From: an uncultured Chthonomonadaceae bacterium
GTDB taxonomy: Bacteria; Armatimonadota; Chthonomonadetes; Chthonomonadales; Chthonomonadaceae
NCBI GenBank assembly: GCA_963835065.1
Contig: CAWIEK010000068.1
Location: forward strand, 32,001 to 96,000
Length of the DNA: 64,000 bases
Reading direction: 5' to 3'
Shown: one piece after another, positions 48,483 to 58,532 of the stretch
Position numbering within the stretch: the first letter of the stretch is position 1
Layout: each line of letters opens with the position of its first letter
Made by a program: the position numbers and the translations under genes
The notes under the pieces: model-generated
The model's input: the letters and a program-made list of their open reading frames with translations, nothing else
The model's database searches: none
What the model was told of the DNA's origin: nothing

Positions 48483-49493
48483 ATGGCGAGACGAGTCTTG
48501 ATTACGGCGCGAGCGTTTTGGGATCACGGCGCAGCCGCCGAAGCCGAGTTGAAAGCGAATGGCATGGAAGTAACGCGAACACCCCAACCCGGCCCCCTGC
48601 CCGAAGCCACGCTTCTGCCCCTGCTGGAAGGTTTTGACGCGGTCATCGCGTCGAGTGATGCGTACACCGCGCAGGTTTTCGCTTCCAACCCGCAATTGCA
48701 AATCGTTTCCCGATGGGGCGTGGGTATTGACAGCATAGACTTGAAAGCCGCCGCCGACGCGGGCGTGTTGATTACCAACTGCCCCGGTTCCATGACCGAT
48801 CCCGTTGCGGATTACACGTTTGCCCTCCTCCTCAGTCTGGCGCGGAAAATTCCCGAAGGCGACGCGCTGGTGCGCAATGGCGGCTGGGGCGAACTGACGG
48901 GCGTACTGGTCTGCGGCAAAACCCTTGGACTGATCGGCCTGGGACAAATCGGGCAGGGCGTGGCGCGGCGAGCAACGGGTTTTGCCATGCGCGTTCTCGC
49001 CTACGATCCTCCCCTTGAGGCCAACAAATCGGCACTGCCGCCGGAACTCGCCAACGTGGAATTCGTCACGCTGGAGGAACTGTTCGCGCAAAGCGATTTC
49101 GTGTCCCTCCATGCGCCCAACGTGCCGGAAACGCGCGGGCTTATCAACGCCGAACGCCTGGCGCAAATGAAACCCTCCGCGTATCTCATCAACACGGCGC
49201 GCGGTGCGCTTGTCGAAGAAACCGCCCTGCGCAATGCCCTCGAAAACGGCCAGATCGCGGGCGCGGCCTTAGACGTGTATTCCAAAGAACCCCTGCCGCC
49301 CGACCATCCCCTGCGCAACGCCCCGCGCTGCGTCCTCACACCCCACAATGCGTTCAACGCAAGAGAAACCGCGCTGGCAACCAGTATGCAAACGGTGCAG
49401 AACGTGCTGAAGTTGTGGAACGGCGAGCGCGGCGTACCCGTCTGCAACCCCGCCGCCTGGGAATCGCCAAACTTGCGTTTAAGAACATCTTAG
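48483..49493 (+). CDS. Phosphoglycerate dehydrogenase-like D-2-hydroxyacid dehydrogenase
   Basis: SRWGVGIDSID, GLIGLGQIG, LINTARG, AALDV and LTPH. Confidence 0.93.
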   Translation: MARRVLITARAFWDHGAAAEAELKANGMEVTRTPQPGPLPEATLLPLLEGFDAVIASSDAYTAQVFASNPQLQIVSRWGVGIDSIDLKAAADAGVLITNCPGSMTDPVADYTFALLLSLARKIPEGDALVRNGGWGELTGVLVCGKTLGLIGLGQIGQGVARRATGFAMRVLAYDPPLEANKSALPPELANVEFVTLEELFAQSDFVSLHAPNVPETRGLINAERLAQMKPSAYLINTARGALVEETALRNALENGQIAGAALDVYSKEPLPPDHPLRNAPRCVLTPHNAFNARETALATSMQTVQNVLKLWNGERGVPVCNPAAWESPNLRLRTS

Positions 49494-49508
49494 ACCAAAC
49501 AAACATTC

Positions 49509-49607
49509 GTAGGGGCGCAATTTATTGCGCCCAATGCCCATCATAATGTTTCGCTTCATCGGCGGGCGCAATCGCCGACCTTCGGGCGCAATAAATTGCG
49601 CCCCTAC
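49509..49607. repeat. GTAG-family REP doublet (REPIN/BIME-like)
   Basis: GTAGGGGCGCAATTTATTGCGCCC ... GGGCGCAATAAATTGCGCCCCTAC. Confidence 0.9.
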
Positions 49608-49725
49608 ATTCTTGTTGCTCAATCTGATTTTGTCCTTGTCTGAACGGTATTGATCTTGAACTTATTTGCGTTCATTCGCGTTCATTCGCGGCTATTCTTG
49701 ATTATCTGAATGGAGAATCCCATCT

Positions 49726-50527
49726 ATGCGTACCAACACGGTGAAAGCCGCTTTGCGCGAGGGGCAGGCGCAAATCGGAACCTGGCTGTCGCTTGCCAGC
49801 CCGCTTGCCGCCCGTTTTATGACCCGTTCCGGGTTCCACTGGCTCACGCTGGATATGGAGCATACGCCTGTAGACTGGTCGGTGGCGGCGCACATCTTTG
49901 CCACCATTGCCGACGCGGGCAGCATCCCCCTCGTTCGCATTCCGTTCAACAGCCTGGAAAACGTCAAGCGCGCGCTGGATGCGGGCGCGTATGGCATCGT
50001 GTTTCCCATGTGCAACACCGTTGAGGAAGCCGAGCGCGCGGTTGCCGCGTGTAAATATCCGCCACAGGGCGAACGCAGCATCGGCGGCGCGCTGCACACG
50101 TTCAACTTCAGCACGACCGCGCCGGAATACTTTGCCCGCGCCAATGACGAGATTCTGGTCATCGTGCAGGCGGAACACGTGCAGGCGGTGGAAAACTGCG
50201 AACAAATTTTAGCCGTTCCGGGCATTGACGGCATGTTTGTCGGCCCCAACGATCTGCTGTCCTCCATGCACAAAACGCCTAACATGGAGTCGGAAGACCC
50301 CGATCTTTCTGGACGCCCTGAACCATTTGCGCACAACCGCCAACCGCTTCGGCATTGCGCCGGGTATCCACGTCGCCAACGCGAAGGCGGCGCAGCGGCG
50401 GGTTGCGGAAGGCTGGCGCTTCATTGCCATCAGCAGCGAAATGGGCTTCATGCTGGAAGCGGCCCGCAATGCGGCGCAGGCGGCTATCGGCGATACTGTG
50501 GTACAAGCCGGGACGCCGCGATACTGA
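49726..50527 (+). CDS. HpcH/HpaI aldolase (frameshift near 50305)
   Basis: WLTLDMEH, PLVRIP, ALDAGA.GIVFP, YPPQGERS and FVGPNDL. C-terminus APGIH...GWRFIAISSE is in a second frame. Confidence 0.93.
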
Positions 50528-50756
50528 TACGGTTCACCACAGAGGCACAGAGACACAGAGGGGTCACAGAGAAAAGAACAAAGAGAAGAGAAAAGAACAA
50601 AGAGAGGGGAACCGCGAAACACACGAACCAAAACGAAAAAGAACAACAACACAAACATTCCGCAGATTACGCGCATTGACAACCCGCCGGAAGCAGAAAG
50701 GTTGAAATGAAGGTTTATATTACGCGGCAGTTGCCTGAAGAGGCTTTGGATATTAT
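50498..50756 (+). repeat. 259-bp direct repeat, copy 1 (aldolase 3' end, intergenic region and first codons of the dehydrogenase)
   Basis: Matches 54224-54482 with 4 mismatches by manual comparison. Confidence 0.97.
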
Positions 50757-50923
50757 GTGCGTTCATTTCGCTTGTATTCGCGTGTAATTAAGCGCCTGAA
50801 CCCCCAGAAAACAACCTCTAGCGAAAATATTGCAAGAATTGGCAAAATGGTTAGAAGTTGCTGATCATAACCTTGACATACACACCATTTCGGATATACA
50901 CTACAGGTGTGGTATTATGTTGA

Positions 50924-51310
50924 ATGGAAAGTGCCTACTCCACGACCATAACCGCCATTGACTTCCTTCGTTATCATATCTGCTGGTGTACAAAATGGCG
51001 TCGGCGTATTCTCACCGGCAGCGTCCAAGCGCGCCAAGCAGGTTGTAAACGAGGCAGCAGAAGAAATCCAGTGTCACGTAGTGGAACTCGCGGTCGCGCC
51101 CGACTATGTGCTTGTTGTAATAGATGCGCCGCCCACGCTGTCTCCCCACGAAATCGCGTCTCATCTCAACGCTGCAGCGCAGGCATACTTCGATAGGAAT
51201 ATGCCGCGATCCAACAACTGTCCGGTGTCTGGACGTGTGTGATGCTGTGTACGACCCTGCGCCTTTCTGAAACGGAAGTCACCACATTCGTGCAGTCCCA
51301 ACCTTATCGG
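50924..51310 (+). pseudogene. tnpA: IS200/IS605 TnpA (Y1) homolog, catalytic residues lost, frameshifted
   Basis: LRYHICWCTKWRRRIL, PDYVLVVIDAPPTLSPHEIA (canonical PDHVH) and LSGVWT...EVTTFVQSQ (canonical YxxxQ). Confidence 0.8.
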
Positions 51311-51365
51311 GCTAGGCCGCACATGCTGCCGGCTTGTTCCCTCCTTCAAAAAGGAGAACGGTATC

Positions 51366-52947
51366 ATGTCACGTATGCAAGTATGCAGTTCTAAGCGCTC
51401 TCTTGCGCCAATGGGCATCCTGATGGCTCTCCTGGTTTTCCTGCTCTTGGGCCGTGGAGCCTATGCCCAACCGGGCGGCGGTTACGGCGGCGGAGTTCCG
51501 GGCAGCGGCGGGCCGCAGGCGGGCGGCAAGTGGAAGTTCATCCTCGGCCTCCATGGACAATTCACGGGTTCCGACACTATCAAAACACCCCGCCGCAAGA
51601 CCTCACCACTACATGTCGGGCGGGGGCGGGCGACCGGTAGACTACGGCACGGCCAATGTCTACAACTATATCAACGGCACTGCCGCCCCCTACCATTCCA
51701 TCAACCTGTCCGCAAAGGCCGGTGTCAATTTTACGGCGATCTGGGTGTCCAATTATCCGGGTGGCACACCACCCCCGGCTCCGCCAAACTCACGGTCAAA
51801 TTCACACCATCCGCAGGTGTGGTCGGTAACTCGCTTTCCAGTACGCAGCCGGTTTCGTTATGGGCACACGCCGCCTATGACGGCATGGACGACGACGAGA
51901 AAACCACCGGCGATCCGATCAACTCCGGCAGCAGCACTGGCGGGCATTTGCGCCTTACGATCGGCAGCGGATTCGTAGTGATGACATAACGCTCACCGCC
52001 AACATGAACTTTCTCGCCCCAGGCGGTGCGCAGTGGGGTATGGGCGTCACTTTCGGCGCTGTCCAGGACGACCGGGGGGTGCGGATAACCTCTGAAAATG
52101 ACACCACCTTCAAGCGAGGCACCGATTCAACCGGCGCTCCGGTGGCAATTCCCGATATCCCGAACGCGAGCGGCGTGATCTATGCCGACATGAAAGCGCC
52201 GTCGCCGCCCATCTTGTTCAGCACGATCTACCGCGCCAATGGGTGTGTTTATTGCCGGAACCTACGGCCAATGGCATTCAGACTCGCGTATGTCTGGCAT
52301 GAAAGTCAAACGGGCACGGAAGCGGACGGAATTTTAGCGCCGCCTACCCACCCTTCAATCTGGACGTTGGCTACACCCTCGACGGTTCCCCGCCGAAATC
52401 CCATCGCATGTGTTTATTTCCTGCACGGAACTCTCAGGACGGCGTACGGGCCACAGGCAATTACTACATCAACTGGCACTATGTCTTTGAAGACTGGACA
52501 GCGCCCAAAGACATCAAGCATCCTTTGCCGTATGCCACGACGCCAGGCGACTGGACGTACCTGCTGACCATAGATAATCCTACGCGACGGAGCAGGAAGT
52601 CAAACTCACACGGGAATGGACAACCGAGTTGGAAGAGAAGGTCAAGGTGGACACCGACCTGTCTGCGGGCAGCGAGGAGGCCGTGGCCGCCAAAATCGGC
52701 ACCAGCATCGAAGTGGGTAAGAAAGATACGTACAAAGTCTCGATGGACTACACCTTCAAGGGCGAAGGCTATACGATTACCCAGTGGTACATCGGCATTT
52801 CCTGGGAGGACATGGGCGGAACATGCTCCGTTTGGGGCGGACACGGCTATGCCCATGATTGCCTGGTCAGGCGTACGCGGCAGTAGCGCCTGGTCAATCC
52901 ATCCTGAAATCACCTGGTACTACGACGGCTACGACGATGGCGGGTAA
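51366..52947 (+). CDS. Secreted beta-rich hypothetical protein broken by several frameshifts
   Basis: AAGGAG RBS and signal peptide ending AYAQ. Fragments in ORFs 51366, 52004, 52408 and 52629 can be joined, ending EITWYYDGYDDGG*. Confidence 0.6.
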
Positions 52948-53073
52948 ACGTCGCCACTTACCGCGGTAGGGCGGCCAGGACACAGGATGCGCGGCAACAG
53001 CGCGTATCCCTATCGGCGGGAGCGTGATCAAAGTACGCTCCGCTCATTGCACGGAAATGGAAGGAAATAAACC

Positions 53074-54011
53074 GTGAAACGTCACAGGGCATTGTGGGGA
53101 TTGTTGATTTTGCTCCCGTTGTCGCTGGCTCATCAGAACGCGCCGCCGCGCGTTTTAGCCGTGAAAGTGGGAAGGCTTGGTGAAATGGGACGTATCTATA
53201 CGCAGGACTTCGCCACGCCTGCGCAATTGCATGGCTTTCAACTGATCAAAGACGGCAAGCAGGGCGAAGCGCAGGCTGTCTTTACGGACGACCTCAAAAC
53301 CGATACAACCGGCGTCGCGGCCATTGGACTGGCGCAGGCCACGCCACCGGACGCGTGGGTAGGGCAGATCAAAACCCTCGATGCCCAGTTCAGCCGCAAA
53401 CAAGGCGATGTACGCCTGGGTTTTCGCCTGGCAGCGTGGCAGTATTACGACAGCATCGCGCGCAGCCAGCATCAGGCCATAAGGAACCCTGCCGATCAAA
53501 AGGAGTTTGACGACGCGGCCAATCTGTTTCTGGACTTATGGAAACGCACCCACGACCCGCTGACCGGCATGATGCTGTCGGAAATGGCCTTTCGCGTCAA
53601 GCGCAATGACTTTCCACGTCCGGTCGCGGTGCTGGAAACGCTGGTCGGGGTTGTCGGCGGGCGGACAGCCCAGGCTGCCTTTCAGCAGGCCAAGCATACT
53701 GGATTCACGGTTCCCCCTCCCGATGTCGCCGCTGTTCCCGAAACCAGGCGGCACCTACTGGTTGGCGTACTGACGGCGCTGTGGTCGGAAGCGCATCATG
53801 TATCCGGGCCGAATTTGATGTTCAACAACAAAGGTGAGCGCATAGATAATAAAGGCCAATTAATACCGGCCAGTAAACAGGGCTGAAGATGCCCGATACC
53901 ACCGCCGCTGAAAAAAGCGAACTGGCCGATATTGACACCTGGATACATCAACTTAACCCGAACCGGCCCGTCCACAAAAAAACTTCAGCCATGTCCGCGC
54001 TCAGTCATTAA
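53074..54011 (+). CDS. Secreted helical hypothetical protein (probable frameshift near 53880)
   Basis: Signal peptide MKRHRALWGLLILLPLSLA. ORF 53074-53886 has a plausible continuation to TAA at 54011. Confidence 0.6.
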
Positions 54012-54223
54012 CACTCAGTCATTAGCGCGCTTGCCAGTTGCCTCCCCGCGCCGCCGTTACTTTGACGTAACGGCGGCGGAGTTGTTTGTGGATGGAATAG
54101 GCGCTGCACTCCAGACCGCACCTGCGCGTAAAATGTTCTCCTCGTAACAGTTCAGGGTTGTGAGAATCTTTTGGTGTCTGCCTCGTAGTAACAGTATGAC
54201 TGCTTTCACTTCGCTTTCTAAAA

Positions 54224-54482
54224 GTGGTACAAACCGTGACGCCGCGATACTGATACGGTTCACCACAGAGGCACAGAGACACAGAGGGGTCACAGAGAAA
54301 AGAACAAAGAGAAGAGAAAAGAACAAAGAGAGGGGAACCGCGAAACACACGAACCAAAACGAAAAAGAACAACAATACAAACAGTCCGCAGATTACGCGC
54401 ATTGACAACCCGCCGGAAGCAGAAAGGTTGAAATGAAGGTTTATATTACGCGGCAGTTGCCTGAAGAGGCTTTGGATATTAT
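54224..54482 (+). repeat. 259-bp direct repeat, copy 2
   Basis: Offset 3726 bp from copy 1. Continues into the intact dehydrogenase. Confidence 0.97.
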
Positions 54483-55389
54483 ACGTCAGTCGGCGGATGT
54501 GGATGTTTGGTTGGAAGACAGGCCGGTTCCACGCGACGCGCTGGTGGAGAAGATTCGGGATGTGGACGGGCTGTTGTGCCTGCTGACGGATAAAATTGAC
54601 GGCGCATTGCTGGACAAGGCGGCTCAGTTGCGCGTGGTCAGTCAGATGGCGGTTGGCGTGGATAATATAGATGTGGCGGCGTGTCGGGAACGCAACATCG
54701 CCGTCGGCAACACGCCCGGAGTTCTGACGGAAACCACTGCCGATCTCGCCTTCGGCCTGCTGCTGGCAACGGCGCGGCGGATTGTCGAGTCGGAGCGGTT
54801 TCTGCGGGCGGGGCAGTGGCAAACGTGGTCGCCCATGCTGCTGGTCGGCCCCGATGTTCACCACGCCACACTGGGAATTGTTGGCATGGGGCGAATCGGG
54901 TACGAAATGGCGCGGCGGGCGCATGGCTTTCAAATGAACATTCTGTATTGCAGCCGTTCCGTTCACGCCGATGCGGAGCAGGATTTCGGCGCGAAGCGGG
55001 TTGAGTTGGATATGCTGTTGACCCAAAGCGATTTTGTTTCCCTCCACGCGCCCCTGACTTCGGAAACGCGCTATCTGATCGGCGCGACGGAACTCGCGCG
55101 CATGAAACCGTCCGCCATGCTCATCAACACAGCGCGCGGCCCCGTTGTCCATCACGCCGCGCTCGTCAACGCGCTCCAAAACCAGCAAATTGCCGGAGCC
55201 GGTTTGGACGTATTCGATGCGGAACCGCTGCCGCTTGACGATCCCCTCCTTGCCTTAGATAACGTCGTTCTCCTGCCGCACATCGGTTCCGCGTCCATTG
55301 CCACCCGAACGCGCATGGCGGTTCTGGCGGCGGAAAACCTCGTCGCCGGTATTCAGGGCAGAGCCTTGCCTCATGCCGTCGCCGGGTAA
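54433..55389 (+). CDS. D-glycerate dehydrogenase / glyoxylate reductase
   Basis: KVYITRQLP, AVGVDNID, NTPGVLTETTADL, GIVGMGRIG, INTARG and LPHIGSA. Confidence 0.95.
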   Translation: MKVYITRQLPEEALDIIRQSADVDVWLEDRPVPRDALVEKIRDVDGLLCLLTDKIDGALLDKAAQLRVVSQMAVGVDNIDVAACRERNIAVGNTPGVLTETTADLAFGLLLATARRIVESERFLRAGQWQTWSPMLLVGPDVHHATLGIVGMGRIGYEMARRAHGFQMNILYCSRSVHADAEQDFGAKRVELDMLLTQSDFVSLHAPLTSETRYLIGATELARMKPSAMLINTARGPVVHHAALVNALQNQQIAGAGLDVFDAEPLPLDDPLLALDNVVLLPHIGSASIATRTRMAVLAAENLVAGIQGRALPHAVAG

Positions 55390-55419
55390 ACTATCGCCTG
55401 ATTTCCAGACCCGCTTGTC

Positions 55420-55448
55420 TTGACAAAAAACAGTCTTGCCGATACAAT
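55420..55448 (+). promoter_or_regulatory. Near-consensus sigma70 promoter of the GNAT TA module
   Basis: TTGACA-N17-TACAAT. Confidence 0.75.
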
Positions 55449-55472
55449 AAAACAACAATCAAGGAGTTCACT

Positions 55473-55686
55473 CATGGCAATCAAAGAGCGCGAAATTACA
55501 AGCGAACCGCACACAGTTCCTCCCACAGCGCCCAATATGCCTGCGCTGGTAGGACCTCTCCTACTCAACAAAGAGCAAGCAGAAGCCCTCCTTAAATATC
55601 TTTCGGAACCGCCGAAACCGTTGACGCCGCAAATTAAACAGGCTATTGAAAACTATAAACGTATCAAAGTCGAGAAACTTTCCTAA
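55473..55686 (+). CDS. Short antitoxin resembling the C-terminal half of DUF1778
   Basis: AAGGAG RBS. LLLNKEQAEALLKYLSEPPKPLTPQIKQAIENY. 3 nt upstream of the GNAT gene. Confidence 0.65.
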
Positions 55687-55689
55687 CCG

Positions 55690-56211
55690 ATGGAGCTGCA
55701 AACGGCACAAGCGCGCTATCGTCTGGAAACGCTTTCTGAACAGCATGATGTTGCGCATTTTAATTCTGATAACTCTTATCTCAATTTCTTCCTTCAGGAG
55801 AAAGCCCTGGACGAAACAAAGCGCGATTTATCGCGCACTTTTGTTCTGCTCGATCCAGCAATATCTTCCTCTGCTGTAGCCGGTTACTTTACACTTCGTG
55901 CTGACTCGTACTATCTTCACTCAGAGAACTATATCGGGCAGCACATCATACCTGTCGCGGAACTTGTCTGTCTTGCCCGCCATATTCAGTATCGTGGACA
56001 AGGGATTGGGGATTACTTGCTGCTTGAAGCATTTCACATAGTAAACACAGCTTCGGCTCTGCTTGGAATTGCAGGTATGCAGCTTGCCTACACTGCTGAA
56101 GGAAAACGTCTCTACGACAGGTACGGCTTTGAACCACACCCCTACGGAGAGTCGCTGCTGTTCATTTCCATGAACGACATACGCCAGATACTTGAGGACG
56201 CTTCTCAATAA
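55690..56211 (+). CDS. GNAT acetyltransferase toxin (TacT/AtaT-like)
   Basis: HDVAHFNSDNSYLNFFL, SRTFVL, AGYFTL, LARHIQYRGQGIGDYLL and LYDRYGF. Confidence 0.85.
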   Translation: MELQTAQARYRLETLSEQHDVAHFNSDNSYLNFFLQEKALDETKRDLSRTFVLLDPAISSSAVAGYFTLRADSYYLHSENYIGQHIIPVAELVCLARHIQYRGQGIGDYLLLEAFHIVNTASALLGIAGMQLAYTAEGKRLYDRYGFEPHPYGESLLFISMNDIRQILEDASQ

Positions 56212-56278
56212 GTATGGGAACCAAACTCACACAGTGACGTAGCAAACTGAACTACTCGACAGAAGGGGCGATTCCTGT

Positions 56279-57269
56279 ATGACTTCCGATACCACAAAGA
56301 AAATGCAATACCGACGCTTGGGCGCGAGCGGCTTAAAAGTGAGCGAGGTTTGTTTGGGCAGTTGGCTGACATTCGGCAACGCCACCGAAGACCAGACGGC
56401 GGAAGCCTGCATTGACCGTGCGTATGAACTGGGCATCAACTTCTTCGATACCGCCAACGTGTATGCGCGGGGCGAAAGCGAAAAAGTGGTTGGCCGCGCG
56501 CTGCAAAAATATCCGCGCGACTCCTACGTCGTGGCGACCAAAGTGTACTTTCCCATGAACGACGGGCCGATGCCCAACAATCAGGGCTTGTCGCGCAAGC
56601 ACATCATGGAGCAGTGCGAGGCCAGCTTGAAGCGGCTGGGAATGGATTACATTGATCTGTACCAGTGCCACCGCTACGATACCGAAACGCCGCTCGAAGA
56701 GACCCTGCGCGCCCTTGACGACCTGGTTTCGCAGGGCAAGGTGCTGTACCTGGGCTTCAGCCAGTGGAGCGCGCCGCAGATCGCCGATGCGGTGAAATTT
56801 CAGGAAACGCACAACCTGGACCGCTTCGTTTCCAGCCAGCCGTACTACAACATGATCGGACGCGACCTGGAAAAAGCCGTGCTGCCGACGTGTGAGCGCG
56901 AAGGCATCGGGCAGATCGTGTACTCGCCACTGGCGCAGGGCGTGCTTGACGGGCAAGTACAAGCCCGGCGAACCCGCGCCCGCCGACAGCCGCGCCGCCG
57001 ACCCCAAGCAAAACTGGTTTCTGAAACTGGAAGACGGCAAACTGGCGGATCAGGCGCAACTGGAAAAAGTGCAGAAGTTGATTCCCATCGCGCAGGGATT
57101 GGGATTGACCATGCCCCAACTCGCCCTCGCCTGGTGCCTGCGCCAGCCCAACGTATCCAGCGTCATCATCGGAGCCAGCAAACCTTCGCAAGTAGAAGAC
57201 AACGCGGGCGCGTCCGGCGTTACTCTGGACAAGGACACGCTGAAAGCCATTGATGAGGCGCTTGCATAA
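56279..57269 (+). CDS. Aldo/keto reductase, Kv-beta/Tas-like (frameshift near 56945)
   Basis: YRRLGASGLKVS, FFDTANVY, ATKV, GLSRKHI, DLYQCH and YSPLAQG. QLALAWCL...SVIIGASK is in a second frame. Confidence 0.95.
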
Positions 57270-57373
57270 GCAGGTGTTCAGGAACAGACTGTTGCTTCGC
57301 GCTGTGCAGGCAATTATGCACCTTTCCAACACCCGAATACCTGAACGCCTGAACACCTGAACGCCTGAACACC

Positions 57374-58474
57374 ATGCCCCTACTATCTTCTCTCTACGGT
57401 CAGGAAGCGGCTATCGGGGCGCTGCGTAAGGCGCTGGAAGCCGAGCAACTGCCCGGAACCTATTTGTTTGCCGGGCCGGCGGGCGTCGGGAAAGGCGCGC
57501 TGGCGCGGGCGTTTGCGCAAGCGGTTGCCTGCCTGACGCCGCGCCATGCGCCGTTTGATGCGTGCGGCGAATGTGAGTCGTGCCGCCGGATGGAAGCGGG
57601 AACGCAGCCGGAAGTCGCCACGATTTACCCGGCGGGCGAGCAGATGCAAATCTGGCAGTTTTGGGACCGTGACAACAAGCCGCAGGGCATTTTGTCGCAC
57701 ACGCTCAACTTCGCGCCGCAAATCGGCAAAAAGCGCGTGTACATCCTCGAACAAGCGGAAACCCTCAACGAATCCGCCGCCAACAGCCTGCTGAAAGTCT
57801 TGGAAGAGCCGCCGCACTACGCGCTTTTTATCCTGCTTGCCACGCACCCCGCCCGCGTTTTGCCGACCATTGTATCGCGCAGTCAGGTGATCCGCTTGCG
57901 CCCGTCCCGAACCGAAGATTTGGCCGCGTATCTGCGGGCAAGCGTTGGCGTTGAACCGGCGCAGGCGGCGATGCTGGCGGCGTATGCGGAAGGACGAATC
58001 GGGCAGGCGGTGCAGATGGCGAACAATGCGCGGGTGGGAGAAGAAATCGCCCGCGTTCTGGATTTTGCCGAGCAATTACCGCAAGCGCCGCGTATTCGCG
58101 CGCTCAGGCTTGCCGAACAAATGCGCAAACTGGCGGCGCAAACCAAAGCCTTAGTCGGGGAAGAACCGGCAGGCGACAGCGATGAGGAAGGCGGCAGTGG
58201 CAAGGAGCGCGCGGGACGCCGACAGCAGGCAGCGGTTTTTGATCTGCTGATCGCCTTTTACCGCGACCTGCTTACGCTGGGAGCGGGCGCGAACAGCATT
58301 CACGTCGTCAATCAGGATCGGCTTGCCGCGCTGACGCGCCTGTCCAAAGTATCCCCTGCCGAACGCTGGATGCGCTGCCTGGACGCCCTGCTGCTTTCCC
58401 GCCGCCGCCTCGACGCCAACGCCAATGTCGCTCTAGTAACGGAAGTGCTGGCAATGACGCTGGTGAGTCCGTAG
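57374..58474 (+). CDS. holB: DNA polymerase III delta' subunit
   Basis: YLFAGPAGVGK, DACGECESCR, AANSLLKVLEEPP and LPTIVSRSQ. Confidence 0.93.
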   Translation: MPLLSSLYGQEAAIGALRKALEAEQLPGTYLFAGPAGVGKGALARAFAQAVACLTPRHAPFDACGECESCRRMEAGTQPEVATIYPAGEQMQIWQFWDRDNKPQGILSHTLNFAPQIGKKRVYILEQAETLNESAANSLLKVLEEPPHYALFILLATHPARVLPTIVSRSQVIRLRPSRTEDLAAYLRASVGVEPAQAAMLAAYAEGRIGQAVQMANNARVGEEIARVLDFAEQLPQAPRIRALRLAEQMRKLAAQTKALVGEEPAGDSDEEGGSGKERAGRRQQAAVFDLLIAFYRDLLTLGAGANSIHVVNQDRLAALTRLSKVSPAERWMRCLDALLLSRRRLDANANVALVTEVLAMTLVSP

Positions 58475-58490
58475 CTAAAAATCTATCCTC

Positions 58491-58521
58491 ATAGGCCGGG
58501 GATTTTCAATCCCCGGCCTAT
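58491..58521. terminator. Palindrome between convergent genes (REP-like / bidirectional terminator)
   Basis: ATAGGCCGGGGATT-TTC-AATCCCCGGCCTAT. Confidence 0.65.
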
Positions 58522-58532
58522 GGAGGCGAGGT

